Positions 38,101-47,575 of a stretch of 64,000 nt of DNA are shown one piece after another (within the stretch, counting starts at the first letter, position 1; every line of letters begins with the position of its first letter). The notes under the pieces were generated by a model. That model made no database searches, was not told where the DNA came from, and was given only the letters and a program-made list of their open reading frames with translations. This DNA is from Rhodothermales bacterium (GTDB taxonomy: Bacteria; Bacteroidota; Rhodothermia; Rhodothermales; Bin80). The position numbers and the translations under genes were made by a program. Location of the stretch: the NCBI GenBank assembly GCA_965218495.1, contig OZ244626.1, forward strand, positions 1,273,122 through 1,337,121, read 5' to 3'.

Positions 38101-38374
38101 ACTACCAAAGTCATTCAGCTTGGAGCAGAATTACCCGAACCCGTTCAACCCCACGACGACCATCACCTTTTCCGTGCCGGAAGAGGCGCGAGTCAGGCTT
38201 ACGGTGTTTGATGTAATCGGGCGAAGGATAGCAGTCCTAACTGACCAGGCCTATTCGGCGGGCGCTCACGAGTTGAACTGGGATGCCAGCGCTCATGCCA
38301 GTGGCGTTTATTTCTACCGCATGGAGGCCGCAGGCAAGCTGGTCCAGACGCAGAAGATGACACTGGTGAAGTAG
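35120..38374 (+). CDS. secreted Asp-box/BNR-repeat protein with T9SS C-terminal sorting domain (paralog of 28266-31466)
   Basis: 1084 aa, colinear with the first paralog (shared blocks NWVERGPGNVGGRTR, WLGFQGWYDNTLAVHPF, HNGLPAVSV). CTD NYPNPFNPTTTITFSVP...VYFYRMEAAGKLVQTQKMTLVK. Confidence 0.85.
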   Translation: MTNAQRILVAITGLLALPFLIFQLASDDASQAEEPVMPLRVHESPQRSSTAQGHPELFLEVHHDIRASEDGKVDYPMGYQIHEYRKALAASKSAGATLNWVERGPGNVGGRTRAILVDPDDPDMHTWFVGTAGGGLWWTQNRGYSWGYLTDNLPGLAVTTIAMAESNHDILYIGTGEGFGNVDAAGGVGIFKSYDRGQSWEHLLSTATDTLFRYVNRLAVDPTDPHIVVAATNEGIYRTTDGGLLWTEAYASEGRVQDLRAQPGNFNTLIASENPGGILRSMDGGATWTRAIPTSEILGGSLRIELAFSPSNPAIAYASVQQPVGAALLRSDDGGASWKNTRGVGGLGGINWLGFQGWYDNTLAVHPFAPDTVFVGGIVLWRTMMTGDVIDIAEPSNFQGFLPGQTDGIIGYISGLGNYFGFLGTLVLAGFEDAAFSDIESADYSSVEIRFGQGTQMAHRFSSNDSQWQDISCFLDPTNAPVPHARNEYQDYVEVPFTVWDIDTGRQLAVSFRDAARDSTFNLIPFTTTGSCDVVSNEQLFVHKYDYDATVPHDSVAQDGGVTRGMMYMILPFLANSGATWDPDSIPEQTARITFARANGLYARTVDREIDPVPSRAHVDHHSIVPVVPDPGSSDFWILDANDGGVSISTDGGESFLETDFRFAGFNTSQFYGADKAPGIARYVGGTQDNGSWLSYGNPNNRRGWISVPPQADGFEAIWNSRDPNKIMTSWQFNNIMYTHTGGASFIGVTVGFGIFVTSMDSSPHAPDTVYIVAQEGVWRSPDFALTFTLTPIDSAWAPTNIGKVRASSATDTVVWAGYGLDDSPARTLWYSTDAGESFSPSALPTIPNAPQTIISGLATHPAEVATAYALFSRPRRPKILQTTDFGQNWQDISGFSESTDGTSTRGFPDVAVYDLLVMPHAPHVMWAATDAGLFQTKSYGNEWNYAHNGLPAVSVFRLKYRDDEIVAATHGRGVWSVPWGEIDVSIESDDFTELPKSFSLEQNYPNPFNPTTTITFSVPEEARVRLTVFDVIGRRIAVLTDQAYSAGAHELNWDASAHASGVYFYRMEAAGKLVQTQKMTLVK

Positions 38375-38894
38375 CGCTCCAGGGGGTAGGGTGCGAGCAC
38401 CTGCCTCCTGCGCTTCGCGCCTAGTCACGAATGAAGCTTCTTGTCTCACCGCAGACTGCCCGCTTCAAGCGACCGAGTGGCCCTCTTCAAGCGGTCAGGT
38501 GGGCCATTCTAGTGGCACAAGATGGCTCAATTGATCGGATTACGAGGACACCTCGTAAGCAGCAAAGACGGAGCACCTGTGCTGACCAGACAGGCATGGC
38601 TCAGGCGTGCATGAGCATGGCATGACACTCAGCCCCCGGATTCGTGCGCTGCATTCAAGATGTATGCTTTGGGACCCCAAGGAAATGGTATGCATCAGGA
38701 TATTTGCACCCTCTGCGCAAGGGCTGTGGTCCTGAAACAGGAGCCGACCCAGGCCATGAGACTGGTAGCCACAGCGTTGCAGCAATTCTCGAGAACTTGA
38801 CCCGTTGTAGAGCCGGGTCAACAAAGCCTACGCAACTGACCGCGCTCCAGTATCCAGCGTGTAGGCGTAGAGTGTAGTGACGCTTCTGCCGGCC

Positions 38895-40412
38895 TTAGGC
38901 GGGCGCTACGCCCTCGACCACAGGTAACGCCTCCACATCGTCGAGCGGAACTATGCTGAAGCCCGTGAAACCATAAATCGCCGAAATTAACGGGCTCACG
39001 TAGTTGAAAACAGCATACGGTAAGTATACCAGCGTCGGCACGCCCAAGGTGGCCGCCATGAAGGCACCGCAGGTGTTCCATGGGACTAGTGCAGAGGTTA
39101 GCGTGCCGGAATCCTCCAGCGCCCGGGACAGGTTCTTCGGGTGCAGACGACGGCGCTCAAACTCCGCACGGAACATCCTGCCCGGAACCACGATGGCGAT
39201 GTACTGATCCGACGCGATGACGTTCATGGAAATACACGTCGCCAGCGTAGTGGCGATCATGCTGCCAGTGGTCTTGGCAGCACCCATGATTCGCGCTGCA
39301 ATAACTTTCAGAAATCCTGTCTTCTCCATGGAAGCGCCGAACATCATCGCCGATATCACCAGCCAGATTACGTTGAGCATGCTGGCCATGCCACCGCGCG
39401 TAAGAAGATCGTCAAGCGCCGAATTCCCGGTACTCGCCTCATACCCAGCATAGAGCGCCATCCAGAAGCCCTTCAAGAGGGCAAGCGCACGCGGAAGCGT
39501 AGTATCTCCAACATATGCAAGCACGACCTCCTGCTGGAAAACTACGGCGAACACGCCCCCGAGCAGCGTACCGATAAGCAGGGCCGGAAATGCAGGTACC
39601 TTCTTGTAGATCACGAAGAGTACGACGCCCAACGGTATCAGAAGATACCACCCAAGGGTAAAGGTCCGGCTCAAAGACTGAAGCATCGTCTCCAAACCGG
39701 CGGCGCCACCGACAGCAGGGCCGCGCAGAAATCCGAGGACTGTGAAAACAATGAGCGCGATGACAATTGTCGGCACCGTAGTCCAGAGCATGTGACGAAT
39801 GTGCGTGAACAGTTCCGTCCCAACCATGGCAGGCGCCAGGTTGGTTGTGTCTGAAAGTGGCGAAAGCTTATCGCCAAAGTAAGCACCGGAAATGATAGCC
39901 CCTGCCGTGACGCCGAGGCTCAGCCCGAAGGCCGCTGCAACGCCTACCAAGGCGACGCCTACCGTGCTTGCTGTAGTCCATGAACTACCTGTCGCGATGG
40001 CGACCAGTGCGCAGATGACACAGCAGGCAGCATAAAAGATCTTGGGGCTAAGAATCTGTAGCCCGTAGTAGATCATGGTGGGTACTATCCCTGACATTAT
40101 CCACGTCCCGATCAGCGCACCGACAACCAAGAGAATAAACACGGCGCCCATGGCCAGCGCCACGCCATTAACCATTGCCCCCTGCAGCTCCTTCCACGTA
40201 AACCCCAAACGCATGCCGACAACAGCTGCAGCCATACTGGACAACATCAGCGCAATCTGGTTCGGCCCATAGGACGAATCCGAGCCGAACAGTGCTACGG
40301 AGCTCGCCAAGAGCGCGACCAAGATGAGAACAGGCACCAGCGCATGCAAGAGCGACGGTGTCCCACGAGGTTCTTCGCTGGTAGCATGCATTTCCGTAGA
40401 AGGCGGGTGCAA
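38895..40412 (-). CDS. nhaC: Na+/H+ antiporter, NhaC family
   Basis: 505 aa, polytopic, with IGTWIMSGIVPTMIYYGL...ATGSSWTTASTVGVAL...GAYFGDKLSPLSDTTNLA typical of NhaC. Confidence 0.85.
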   Translation of the reverse strand: MHPPSTEMHATSEEPRGTPSLLHALVPVLILVALLASSVALFGSDSSYGPNQIALMLSSMAAAVVGMRLGFTWKELQGAMVNGVALAMGAVFILLVVGALIGTWIMSGIVPTMIYYGLQILSPKIFYAACCVICALVAIATGSSWTTASTVGVALVGVAAAFGLSLGVTAGAIISGAYFGDKLSPLSDTTNLAPAMVGTELFTHIRHMLWTTVPTIVIALIVFTVLGFLRGPAVGGAAGLETMLQSLSRTFTLGWYLLIPLGVVLFVIYKKVPAFPALLIGTLLGGVFAVVFQQEVVLAYVGDTTLPRALALLKGFWMALYAGYEASTGNSALDDLLTRGGMASMLNVIWLVISAMMFGASMEKTGFLKVIAARIMGAAKTTGSMIATTLATCISMNVIASDQYIAIVVPGRMFRAEFERRRLHPKNLSRALEDSGTLTSALVPWNTCGAFMAATLGVPTLVYLPYAVFNYVSPLISAIYGFTGFSIVPLDDVEALPVVEGVAPA

Positions 40413-40421
40413 AAAGTTTAC

Positions 40422-42128
40422 CTAAGTCCTCTTCTGGCCTTTTCGAGTCTGCTGACGCTCCCGCGTGATGCGCAGGTAGTCGTCCCGAGTGATGTCAGAC
40501 CCAAAAGCACTGAAATAGTCGTCCGTGAGCTTCTTCGCGATGCCAGACAGCAGTACCAACGCCAGCACGTTTGGTATCGTGAGCAGCGCCAACGCGGTAT
40601 CACCCAGATTCCAGATCACATTCAGCGAGACTACCGCTCCGACGAAGTGCATCACAACAAAAAGCAGCTTGTAAGGCAAGATGGCCGGACGGCCAAAAAT
40701 GTACATCGCACTGCGATCACCATAGTAGCTCCAGGAGATTGCGGTAGAGATTCCAAAGAGCAGGACACTGATCACGACGATGAAGTTGCCTAAGCGTCCT
40801 AGTCCGGTCGAAAATGCGAGCGCCGTAAGCGGAGCGCCATTCTCTACCGCGGGGCCGTAAAGCGTCTCGTAGCTCTGGCCATTTTCGGCCACAGCAACCT
40901 GGGCATCTGGACGGATCTCTCCCGTAAACGGCAGGGTCTGACCTTGATCCGTATACAGCTCTGTTACCGGCACTTCATGCCACGCAAAGTGCACGCCTCC
41001 CATCTGTTGCCCTTCTCGAACCTCAATGGCATCGGGCACATCCTCAGCTGGCCAGTATCCCTGATCCGTCTCCATCACATAGGAATAATCACCCTCCGTA
41101 AACGAAAGGACCGTGTCGGTGGTCGTGTTCCACACTCCCGTAGAAAGGACCACAAGTGCCGTTATCGTACAGATGACGATCGTATCAATGAATGGCTCCA
41201 AGAGAGCTACGACACCTTCTGAAACGGGCTCTTCCGTCTTGGCCGCCGAATGCGCTATTGGAGCAGAACCCTGACCAGCCTCGTTCGAAAAGAGCCCGCG
41301 CCGAACTCCCCACAGAAGCGTCTGAAGCAGGATTCCAATACCCGTGCCCGCAACACCAGCCGTCGGATTGAACGCCTCTTTGAAGATCAGGCCCAGAGCA
41401 GGCAGGACAGTGTCGAAGTTAATAGCCAAGATCGCCAGCCCGCCAAGTACGTAGATGGCCGCCATGGTCGGAGCCAATATACCGGTGACTTTTCCGATTC
41501 TTCTGATGCCGCCCAGGATGACCAGTGCCACCACGCCAGCCGTAATAAGGCCGGTGACCCAGGTAGCCGCGCCGAACTCCGCATTCATCAGGTCCGCCAC
41601 CGTATTCGCCTGGATGGCGTTACCGGTCAATAGCGCCGTTACGACCACACCGGCTGCGACGAAAACAGCCAGCGGCTTGAACTTGGCGCCCAGTCCGCGC
41701 TCGATATAGTACATCGGACCGCCGGACACCGTACCCACCATCTTTCCAGCGCCCTTCTCTACGTGCCGGAACCGCAGGGCCAAAGTGACCTCCGTATACT
41801 TTGTGGCCATTCCCAAAAGCGCCGTCATCCACATCCAGAAAATCGCTCCAGGTCCGCCCCAATGGATGGCAATAGCCACCCCCGCGATGTTGCCGATACC
41901 GACCGTCGCGGAAAGGGCGGTGGTCAGGGCCTGAAAGTGCGTAACATCCCCGGTGTCATCGGGATCGTCGTATTTGCCCATGGCCACCTTGATGCCGTGG
42001 CCCATGCGTCGAAACTGGATAAACCCCAGACGCAGCGTCAGAAAAACACCCGTCCCCAACAGCATGATCAGGAGCGGGTACTTGATTAGCTCATCGATAA
42101 AACCCTGAATCTGAACAAGCGTATCCAT
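40422..42128 (-). CDS. alanine/glycine:cation symporter (AGCS family) with an extra ~85-100 aa loop
   Basis: FQALTTALSATVGIGNIAGVAIAI..GGPGAIFWMW and FSNEAGQGSAPIAHSAAKT are AGCS signatures. 568 aa versus roughly 450-480 remembered for typical members. Confidence 0.88.
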   Translation of the reverse strand: MDTLVQIQGFIDELIKYPLLIMLLGTGVFLTLRLGFIQFRRMGHGIKVAMGKYDDPDDTGDVTHFQALTTALSATVGIGNIAGVAIAIHWGGPGAIFWMWMTALLGMATKYTEVTLALRFRHVEKGAGKMVGTVSGGPMYYIERGLGAKFKPLAVFVAAGVVVTALLTGNAIQANTVADLMNAEFGAATWVTGLITAGVVALVILGGIRRIGKVTGILAPTMAAIYVLGGLAILAINFDTVLPALGLIFKEAFNPTAGVAGTGIGILLQTLLWGVRRGLFSNEAGQGSAPIAHSAAKTEEPVSEGVVALLEPFIDTIVICTITALVVLSTGVWNTTTDTVLSFTEGDYSYVMETDQGYWPAEDVPDAIEVREGQQMGGVHFAWHEVPVTELYTDQGQTLPFTGEIRPDAQVAVAENGQSYETLYGPAVENGAPLTALAFSTGLGRLGNFIVVISVLLFGISTAISWSYYGDRSAMYIFGRPAILPYKLLFVVMHFVGAVVSLNVIWNLGDTALALLTIPNVLALVLLSGIAKKLTDDYFSAFGSDITRDDYLRITRERQQTRKGQKRT

Positions 42129-42288
42129 AAGAAGGGTAACTGGTGGCTAGGATCTTGCACGGCAATATACACGGTGGCCACGGGCTTGGCAACTGGGCGG
42201 CTAATTCCCGCTAAGGCATGTTCGCGCTTCGCGCCTGCACAGCAAATTCACCTCTGGGATAGCCTGTGCATCTTTGCTCACCTGAGCT

Positions 42289-43356
42289 TCATCCCTCTCG
42301 GTCGTGACGCACACGGTGCTGCCGCACTATGTCAACCGCCAGCAGTATCGCCTTCAGCAAGCTTCGCGGCGAAGCAACACCCTTGCCGGCAATATCGAAT
42401 GCTGTGCCATGATCCGGCGATGTCCGCACGATCGGCAGACCCGCCGTGAAGTTGACGCCTTCCTCGAATGCCAGCGTCTTAAACGGGACCAATCCCTGAT
42501 CGTGATACATGGCGAGCACCGCATCGTAGTGTCTGTAGCGGGCGGCGCCAAAAAAACCGTCGGCAGGAAACGGTCCGAACGCCAGCCATCCGTTGCTGCA
42601 GCAGCCCCGGATCGCCGGCGTGATCTCCTCTATCTCTTCTCTACCCAGCACCCCGCCCTCACCGGCATGCGGGTTCAAACCCAGCACGGCAATCTTGGGC
42701 CTGGGGATACCAAAATCTCGCTTGAGACTTTGGCCCAGCCTGACAATACACTGCGTGACTGAATCGGCGCTGATCAGCCCGGCTGCGCGCTGGAGCGGGA
42801 CATGAATGCTTGTCAATCCCACGCGCAGTGTATCGGCAACCATCATCATCAGGTGGGTCGTTGTCCGGGTGCGATGGGCCAAGAACTCTGTATGGCCGGG
42901 AAACTCATAATTCGCAAGCGCAATCGCGTGCTTGGAGATCGGCGCCGTTACCACGGCATCGACCTTTCTGTCCACGGCCAAATCTGTTGCTACTCGTACC
43001 GCTTCCATTGCAAGATGCCCCGATTCACGCGTGGCCTGCCCCACCGCCAGCCGCGCTTTCTTGCCCGGTAAAGTATCGATGACCCTGGTTTGGCCTTCGC
43101 GAAGTGGAGCCAGCAAATCTTGCGCGACACGAAGCTTCAGGGTGGTCAGGCCGTACTGGTGGGCAAAGTGTCTGAACACATGCGCCGAGCCAATCAGTAC
43201 CGGCTCGAAATAACGCCTGACGCGCCGGTCCTCCAAGGCCTTAAGCACAATCTCAGGACCGATGCCATTGGGATCGCCATGTGTAATGGCCACACGCGGC
43301 CGGTACACCTGTACGCGCTCCTCAGCCTGCACTATCGCTGGAAACGTCAGATCCAC
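42289..43356 (-). CDS. pdxA: 4-hydroxythreonine-4-phosphate dehydrogenase
   Basis: THGDPNGIGPEI...VTAPISK...GHTEFLA...VLGLNPHAGEGG...MYHDQGL motifs. The GTG start overlaps the pepA stop by 1 nt. Confidence 0.88.
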   Translation of the reverse strand: MDLTFPAIVQAEERVQVYRPRVAITHGDPNGIGPEIVLKALEDRRVRRYFEPVLIGSAHVFRHFAHQYGLTTLKLRVAQDLLAPLREGQTRVIDTLPGKKARLAVGQATRESGHLAMEAVRVATDLAVDRKVDAVVTAPISKHAIALANYEFPGHTEFLAHRTRTTTHLMMMVADTLRVGLTSIHVPLQRAAGLISADSVTQCIVRLGQSLKRDFGIPRPKIAVLGLNPHAGEGGVLGREEIEEITPAIRGCCSNGWLAFGPFPADGFFGAARYRHYDAVLAMYHDQGLVPFKTLAFEEGVNFTAGLPIVRTSPDHGTAFDIAGKGVASPRSLLKAILLAVDIVRQHRVRHDREG

Positions 43357-44846
43357 TAGCGCTTTCTCGCGCTGGCCATCGTGGTCAGGAATTCTACCAT
43401 GAGCCGTACTCCAAAACCGGTAGCGCCCTTTGGCCGGTATGGCATTGCGTGCTGAAGGAAGGCGGGGCCCGCGAAGTCAACGTGCAGCCAGTCATAGTTG
43501 ACAAAAAACTCCAGGAACTTTGCCGCCTGGATGGCACCTGCCTCGCGGCGCGTACCGATGTTCTTGATGTCCGCCACGTCACTTTTCATGTCCTCTGCGT
43601 AATGTGCATGCATCGGCAAGGGATGCACGAGATCACCGCTGTTGTTTCCCGCTACGCAAAGGTCGCTAATGGGTCCCCGGTTTGTCATGACCGCTGCCAC
43701 CCTGCTACCGAGTGCTACTCGCTGCGCACCCGTCAGAGTCGCCAGAGAGACAACCAGCTCGGGTCTGTATATTTTTGCATACGAAAGCCCATCGGCCAAA
43801 ACCATCCGGCCTTCCGCATCGGTGTTCAATACCTCCGCAGTGTTGCCCGAGTGCATTGTAATCACATCCCCAGGCACATAGGCCCATTCGCCTGGGCGGT
43901 TGTCCGTAGCAGGCACCAACCCCACTACGTACAGCGGAAGCTCAAGGCGGGCCAAGGCCTCCATGATCCCAACGACCGCCCCACCACCCGCCATATCTGA
44001 CTTCATGAATTCCATGGAATTCTTGGTCGGCTTGAGCGAAAGGCCGCCGGTATCAAAGACTATTCCCTTCCCCACCAGCACGAGTGGTCGGTTGTTCACC
44101 GCATTGGTGGGCTGCCATGCCATCTCGATGAACACCGGGGGCTCTGGGCTGCCCCGGTTTACTGCTAGAAGGCCACCCATCTTCTCATCTTCGATCGCCG
44201 CCTTGTCCCATACCGTTACCTCAAACCCGCACTTCTTACCGAGCCGCTCGGCGGCTTTGCCGAGCAGCGTCGGGGTCTTCTCATGTGGCGACATATTCAC
44301 CAGGTCACGCGCCGTACATGTCGCTTCCGCGATCACACGCCCCCGCTCCGCGCCACGCCGGACTGCCTTCTCGTGCTCACCCGCGTGTAACACCAGGCGT
44401 TCTGTCCGGTCGTGTGCGCTATCGTCATCGGTTCTGTACCGCCGGAACTCGTACGACGCCAGCACAAACCCTTCCACCAAAGCCTGTCCCATCACTTCGC
44501 TTGCCATGCCGAGCTTAGGGACACGAATCGCTGCCGTGGTGCCATCAGTCCTCTTCGCCACTAAGGCCCCGGCCGCGGCTGCTTCGCGCAGCCTTTCTGC
44601 GTCGACCCTGTGTTCTGGACCAAGCCCCACGAAGGCCACGCGCTGCGAACGCGAAGCACCAGGATAGACCAGCGCTGTTTCTCCCAGCTTACCGGTAAAG
44701 TCCGCAAGTGCCAGCTCCAGCGCTTCACCTATTGCGCCACCAATATTCTCTGCTGTTACACGTGCAGCACCCTCCACCACTGGCACCAGCAACAGATTCA
44801 CGTCAAGCTTTGACAGCGGCAACGTGGTTACAGAAACCTTCATCAT
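43356..44846 (-). CDS. pepA: leucyl aminopeptidase (M17)
   Basis: VGKGIVFDTGGLSLKP...MKSDMAGGG...NTDAEGRMVLAD...ATLTGA motifs. Confidence 0.9.
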   Translation of the reverse strand: MMKVSVTTLPLSKLDVNLLLVPVVEGAARVTAENIGGAIGEALELALADFTGKLGETALVYPGASRSQRVAFVGLGPEHRVDAERLREAAAAGALVAKRTDGTTAAIRVPKLGMASEVMGQALVEGFVLASYEFRRYRTDDDSAHDRTERLVLHAGEHEKAVRRGAERGRVIAEATCTARDLVNMSPHEKTPTLLGKAAERLGKKCGFEVTVWDKAAIEDEKMGGLLAVNRGSPEPPVFIEMAWQPTNAVNNRPLVLVGKGIVFDTGGLSLKPTKNSMEFMKSDMAGGGAVVGIMEALARLELPLYVVGLVPATDNRPGEWAYVPGDVITMHSGNTAEVLNTDAEGRMVLADGLSYAKIYRPELVVSLATLTGAQRVALGSRVAAVMTNRGPISDLCVAGNNSGDLVHPLPMHAHYAEDMKSDVADIKNIGTRREAGAIQAAKFLEFFVNYDWLHVDFAGPAFLQHAMPYRPKGATGFGVRLMVEFLTTMASARKR

Positions 44847-45934
44847 GTATCGGTTAGCATAGTTAGGTAGGCTTCGTCGTCCGGCGCAAGCTCCTCGTCA
44901 CTCTGCGCGCCTAACAAGTCGATGTGCCTGGGTGCTGACGCAATCAAGCGGCTGATGACCCGTTCCAAGGGGTCATGTACAAAAGCTCCCGCTGCATTGT
45001 GGTGCCCCCCACCCCCTAGCGACCGTGCCCACTGATCAACAGCATGTTCGCCCTTTGAGCGAAAACTTACTTTGGTGCCCAAGCGCGTCTCCGAAAACAC
45101 TAGTGCAACTTCCACGGCATCGATGGACATGGCGAAGTCGACAAAGCCTTCCGTGTCCTGGTATTCGGCTGACACTTCCCGGAGCATGCGTTGTGTTATC
45201 ACGATGTAAGCTAGCTTGCCATTGTAGCGCAGCGTAAGCGTGTTCATGACGGAGGCTAGCAGGCGCGGCCACTCCTGCCCACGCCCCTCATAGATAGCTG
45301 CATATACCGGGGCCGGCAGCTGGCTGCCGCGTTCCAACAAGTCCGCCACCACTCGGTGCACCGATGGTGTCACCGTGCTGTAGCGAAACGAGCCTGTATC
45401 GGTTAGGATAGCCACGTACAAGGCCGTTGCAATGGCACCAGTGAGCAGTTCCGCATTCCAGACCTTGATAAGCTCGTACACCAGCACACCGGCTGCGGCC
45501 GCATCTTCACGCACGAATCTATGGTCAAACCACGCCTCGGGATTCCGGTGATGGTCAATAAGCACCTTAATCGCAGGGGAGTCCTTCACCGGGCCCACCA
45601 AGTCTCGTCCCAAGCGGTGTCCGGCGTTTACGTCCACTACAACAATGGCCTGAGCCGCTTCCAAAAAATGACGCTGGGCAAGTAAGCCTTCAAAAACTTC
45701 AATGCTTTCTGCGCCTTCCATCCACTCAAGAGAGCAAGGAACGGCGTGCGCGTTGATCATGCACACTTGCTTGCCAAGCCGCCGTAAAAACAGCCCGAGT
45801 GCTAGCTGAGAGCCAATGGCGTCCCCGTCTGGACGAATGTGCGTCGTGATAGCGACGCGTGAACAACTGCGCAGGACCTGAACAATGTCCCCAACCATAG
45901 GCGTAATACAGCCCGAGTGCGATGCGGAATACAA
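44843..45934 (-). CDS. nrnA: DHH/DHHA1 phosphoesterase (NrnA-like oligoribonuclease / pAp phosphatase)
   Basis: THIRPDGDAIGS, VVDV, LIDHHRN and a C-terminal GGGGHHNAAG (DHHA1). The stop overlaps the pepA start (ATGA). The true start is possibly the internal Met at 45898. Confidence 0.75.
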   Translation of the reverse strand: MYSASHSGCITPMVGDIVQVLRSCSRVAITTHIRPDGDAIGSQLALGLFLRRLGKQVCMINAHAVPCSLEWMEGAESIEVFEGLLAQRHFLEAAQAIVVVDVNAGHRLGRDLVGPVKDSPAIKVLIDHHRNPEAWFDHRFVREDAAAAGVLVYELIKVWNAELLTGAIATALYVAILTDTGSFRYSTVTPSVHRVVADLLERGSQLPAPVYAAIYEGRGQEWPRLLASVMNTLTLRYNGKLAYIVITQRMLREVSAEYQDTEGFVDFAMSIDAVEVALVFSETRLGTKVSFRSKGEHAVDQWARSLGGGGHHNAAGAFVHDPLERVISRLIASAPRHIDLLGAQSDEELAPDDEAYLTMLTDT

Positions 45935-46265
45935 CGCTCGAGCGCATCCCTTGTTCGTGCTCCGCGGTCTGCGCGCAGGTCAGGAGCCATACAGAACCTC
46001 TCCATGTCTATGTTTTAAAGCCTCTCTAACTATGGAGACTGCCAGTCTTGAAGCACTTCCCGCCGGTTGTGCACAGGAATAGCGTACGGCCACAATTGCC
46101 AGCATCATGCTGCCAAGACCGTCGCAAGTGCACCGTCCTGGGACCAAAGCGCCGCGAGTGATGGCTATCCCACCAGGACTCTACCCCACGGGGGCGGAGT
46201 GCCTTAGTTCAAAATGCCACTCTGGAATTGCGCGGCAACCGCACCCGTTCCTCGCACCTTTGTGG

Positions 46266-47567
46266 TCAGATCTGTCTCCAGCTTTCGGACTGGCGGCAAA
46301 GCACCGACTCCGGTGCAACGTCTTCGCGCAGCAGTGCCCGACAGACATGCTCCATACGGGCGCCCTGCGAGCCCTTTACCAGGAAAACATCCCCCTGTCC
46401 TGGCCGGAGCGGGACTCCAGCACTGAGTGCCGCTACTGCCTGGTTCGAATCGGCGAAAACGGCTACCACTCCATGGTCAACCCCTGGCAGCGATGCGGCC
46501 GCTGCAGCCATGTGCTCTCCGACAAGGATCACGCTGTCTGCCACCTCTGTGGCCGCCTGGATGATTTTGGTATGCTCTGCATGCGACCCTGCGCCGAGCT
46601 CCAGCATGTCGCCCAAGCAGGCGATGCGGCGCGCCCCGGGCTGACGCTGAAGCACGCTGAGTGCAGCACGTGTAGATGCTGGGGAGGCATTGTAGGAATC
46701 GTCAATCAGCGAACACCCAGACACCCCTGGGAGTCGGCTTAGACGTCCCTTTGCGGGTCGCAATGCAGCCAAGCGATCGTTGATTTCTTCAGGCGGCATA
46801 CCCAATGCGTGCCCCACCGAAAAGGCGGCAAGTGCCAGGTAAATCGCGTGGTCTCCCAAGAGCGGGATCGGACGCTTAATGAGGCAAGGCCTGATGTCGC
46901 AAACCATTCCGGTACCGAAGCGCAGCGTACGTCCGGGGCTCAGGGCAGCCATGGCGTCCACACGCGCATCATCTGCGTTCAAACAGGCGGTTCCAGCCGG
47001 CGTAAGTGCCTGAACTATCTCCGACTTGGCGCTAGCGACGTCGTCTATGGTCCCAAATGTCTCCAAATGGACGCCATGCACATTTGTAACGACCGCGATG
47101 TCTGGCGGAAAGTGCCGGCAGAGCCCGGCTATGTCTCTAGGCTTGCAAGCGCCCATCTCCAAAACCACCTTGGTATCACGGCTGTAGTCACTATTGAGCA
47201 GCGTCAGTGAAATACCCAACATCGTGTTCAGGTTACCCTTGGTGGACAGCACAGAAAACCGCCCTCGGAGCACCGTGGTGATTGCATTCTTCGTGCTGGT
47301 CTTGCCGATAGACCCTGTGATTGCGACCACAGACGGGCCTACCGCCAAGAGTTTCTTGCGCGCTTCTTTTGCCAGGTACTGCACAGAATTTTGGACCTGG
47401 ACGACTGTCACATCTGGCGCAGCGACCACCGGCCGCTCGACAACTACGCGCCGAGCGCCTCGCTTGATGGCCTCCTCAACAAAGGTGTGCCCATCGTGTC
47501 GCACTCCGCGGATGGCCACATACGTCTCACCTGGACGAATGGTGCGCGTATCAGTGGAATAGCGCAT
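46266..47567 (-). CDS. murF: UDP-N-acetylmuramoyl-tripeptide--D-alanyl-D-alanine ligase
   Basis: DTRTIRPGETYVAIRG...HDGH, ITGSIGKTSTK P-loop, LEMGA, DDSYNASP. Confidence 0.88.
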   Translation of the reverse strand: MRYSTDTRTIRPGETYVAIRGVRHDGHTFVEEAIKRGARRVVVERPVVAAPDVTVVQVQNSVQYLAKEARKKLLAVGPSVVAITGSIGKTSTKNAITTVLRGRFSVLSTKGNLNTMLGISLTLLNSDYSRDTKVVLEMGACKPRDIAGLCRHFPPDIAVVTNVHGVHLETFGTIDDVASAKSEIVQALTPAGTACLNADDARVDAMAALSPGRTLRFGTGMVCDIRPCLIKRPIPLLGDHAIYLALAAFSVGHALGMPPEEINDRLAALRPAKGRLSRLPGVSGCSLIDDSYNASPASTRAALSVLQRQPGARRIACLGDMLELGAGSHAEHTKIIQAATEVADSVILVGEHMAAAAASLPGVDHGVVAVFADSNQAVAALSAGVPLRPGQGDVFLVKGSQGARMEHVCRALLREDVAPESVLCRQSESWRQI

Positions 47568-47575
47568 TGCCGGAC

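Noticed and set aside
42129-42288. Possible glycine riboswitch in the 160-bp leader of the AGCS (alanine/glycine symporter) gene.
   Set aside because: Reading the minus strand, I found none of the conserved glycine-aptamer cores (GGAGAG...CACCGAAGGGGCAA-type segments). Only generic GC-rich sequence is present.
45935-46265. 331-bp gene-free gap between murF and nrnA as a candidate structured RNA (SRP/6S-like). It shares a 15-nt string CCCCACGGGGGCGGA (46184-46198) with intron Y (18166-18180).
   Set aside because: I could not recognise any SRP helix-8, 6S or RNase P signature. A single 15-mer match in GC-rich DNA, with no flanking similarity, is most likely chance. It is left unannotated.
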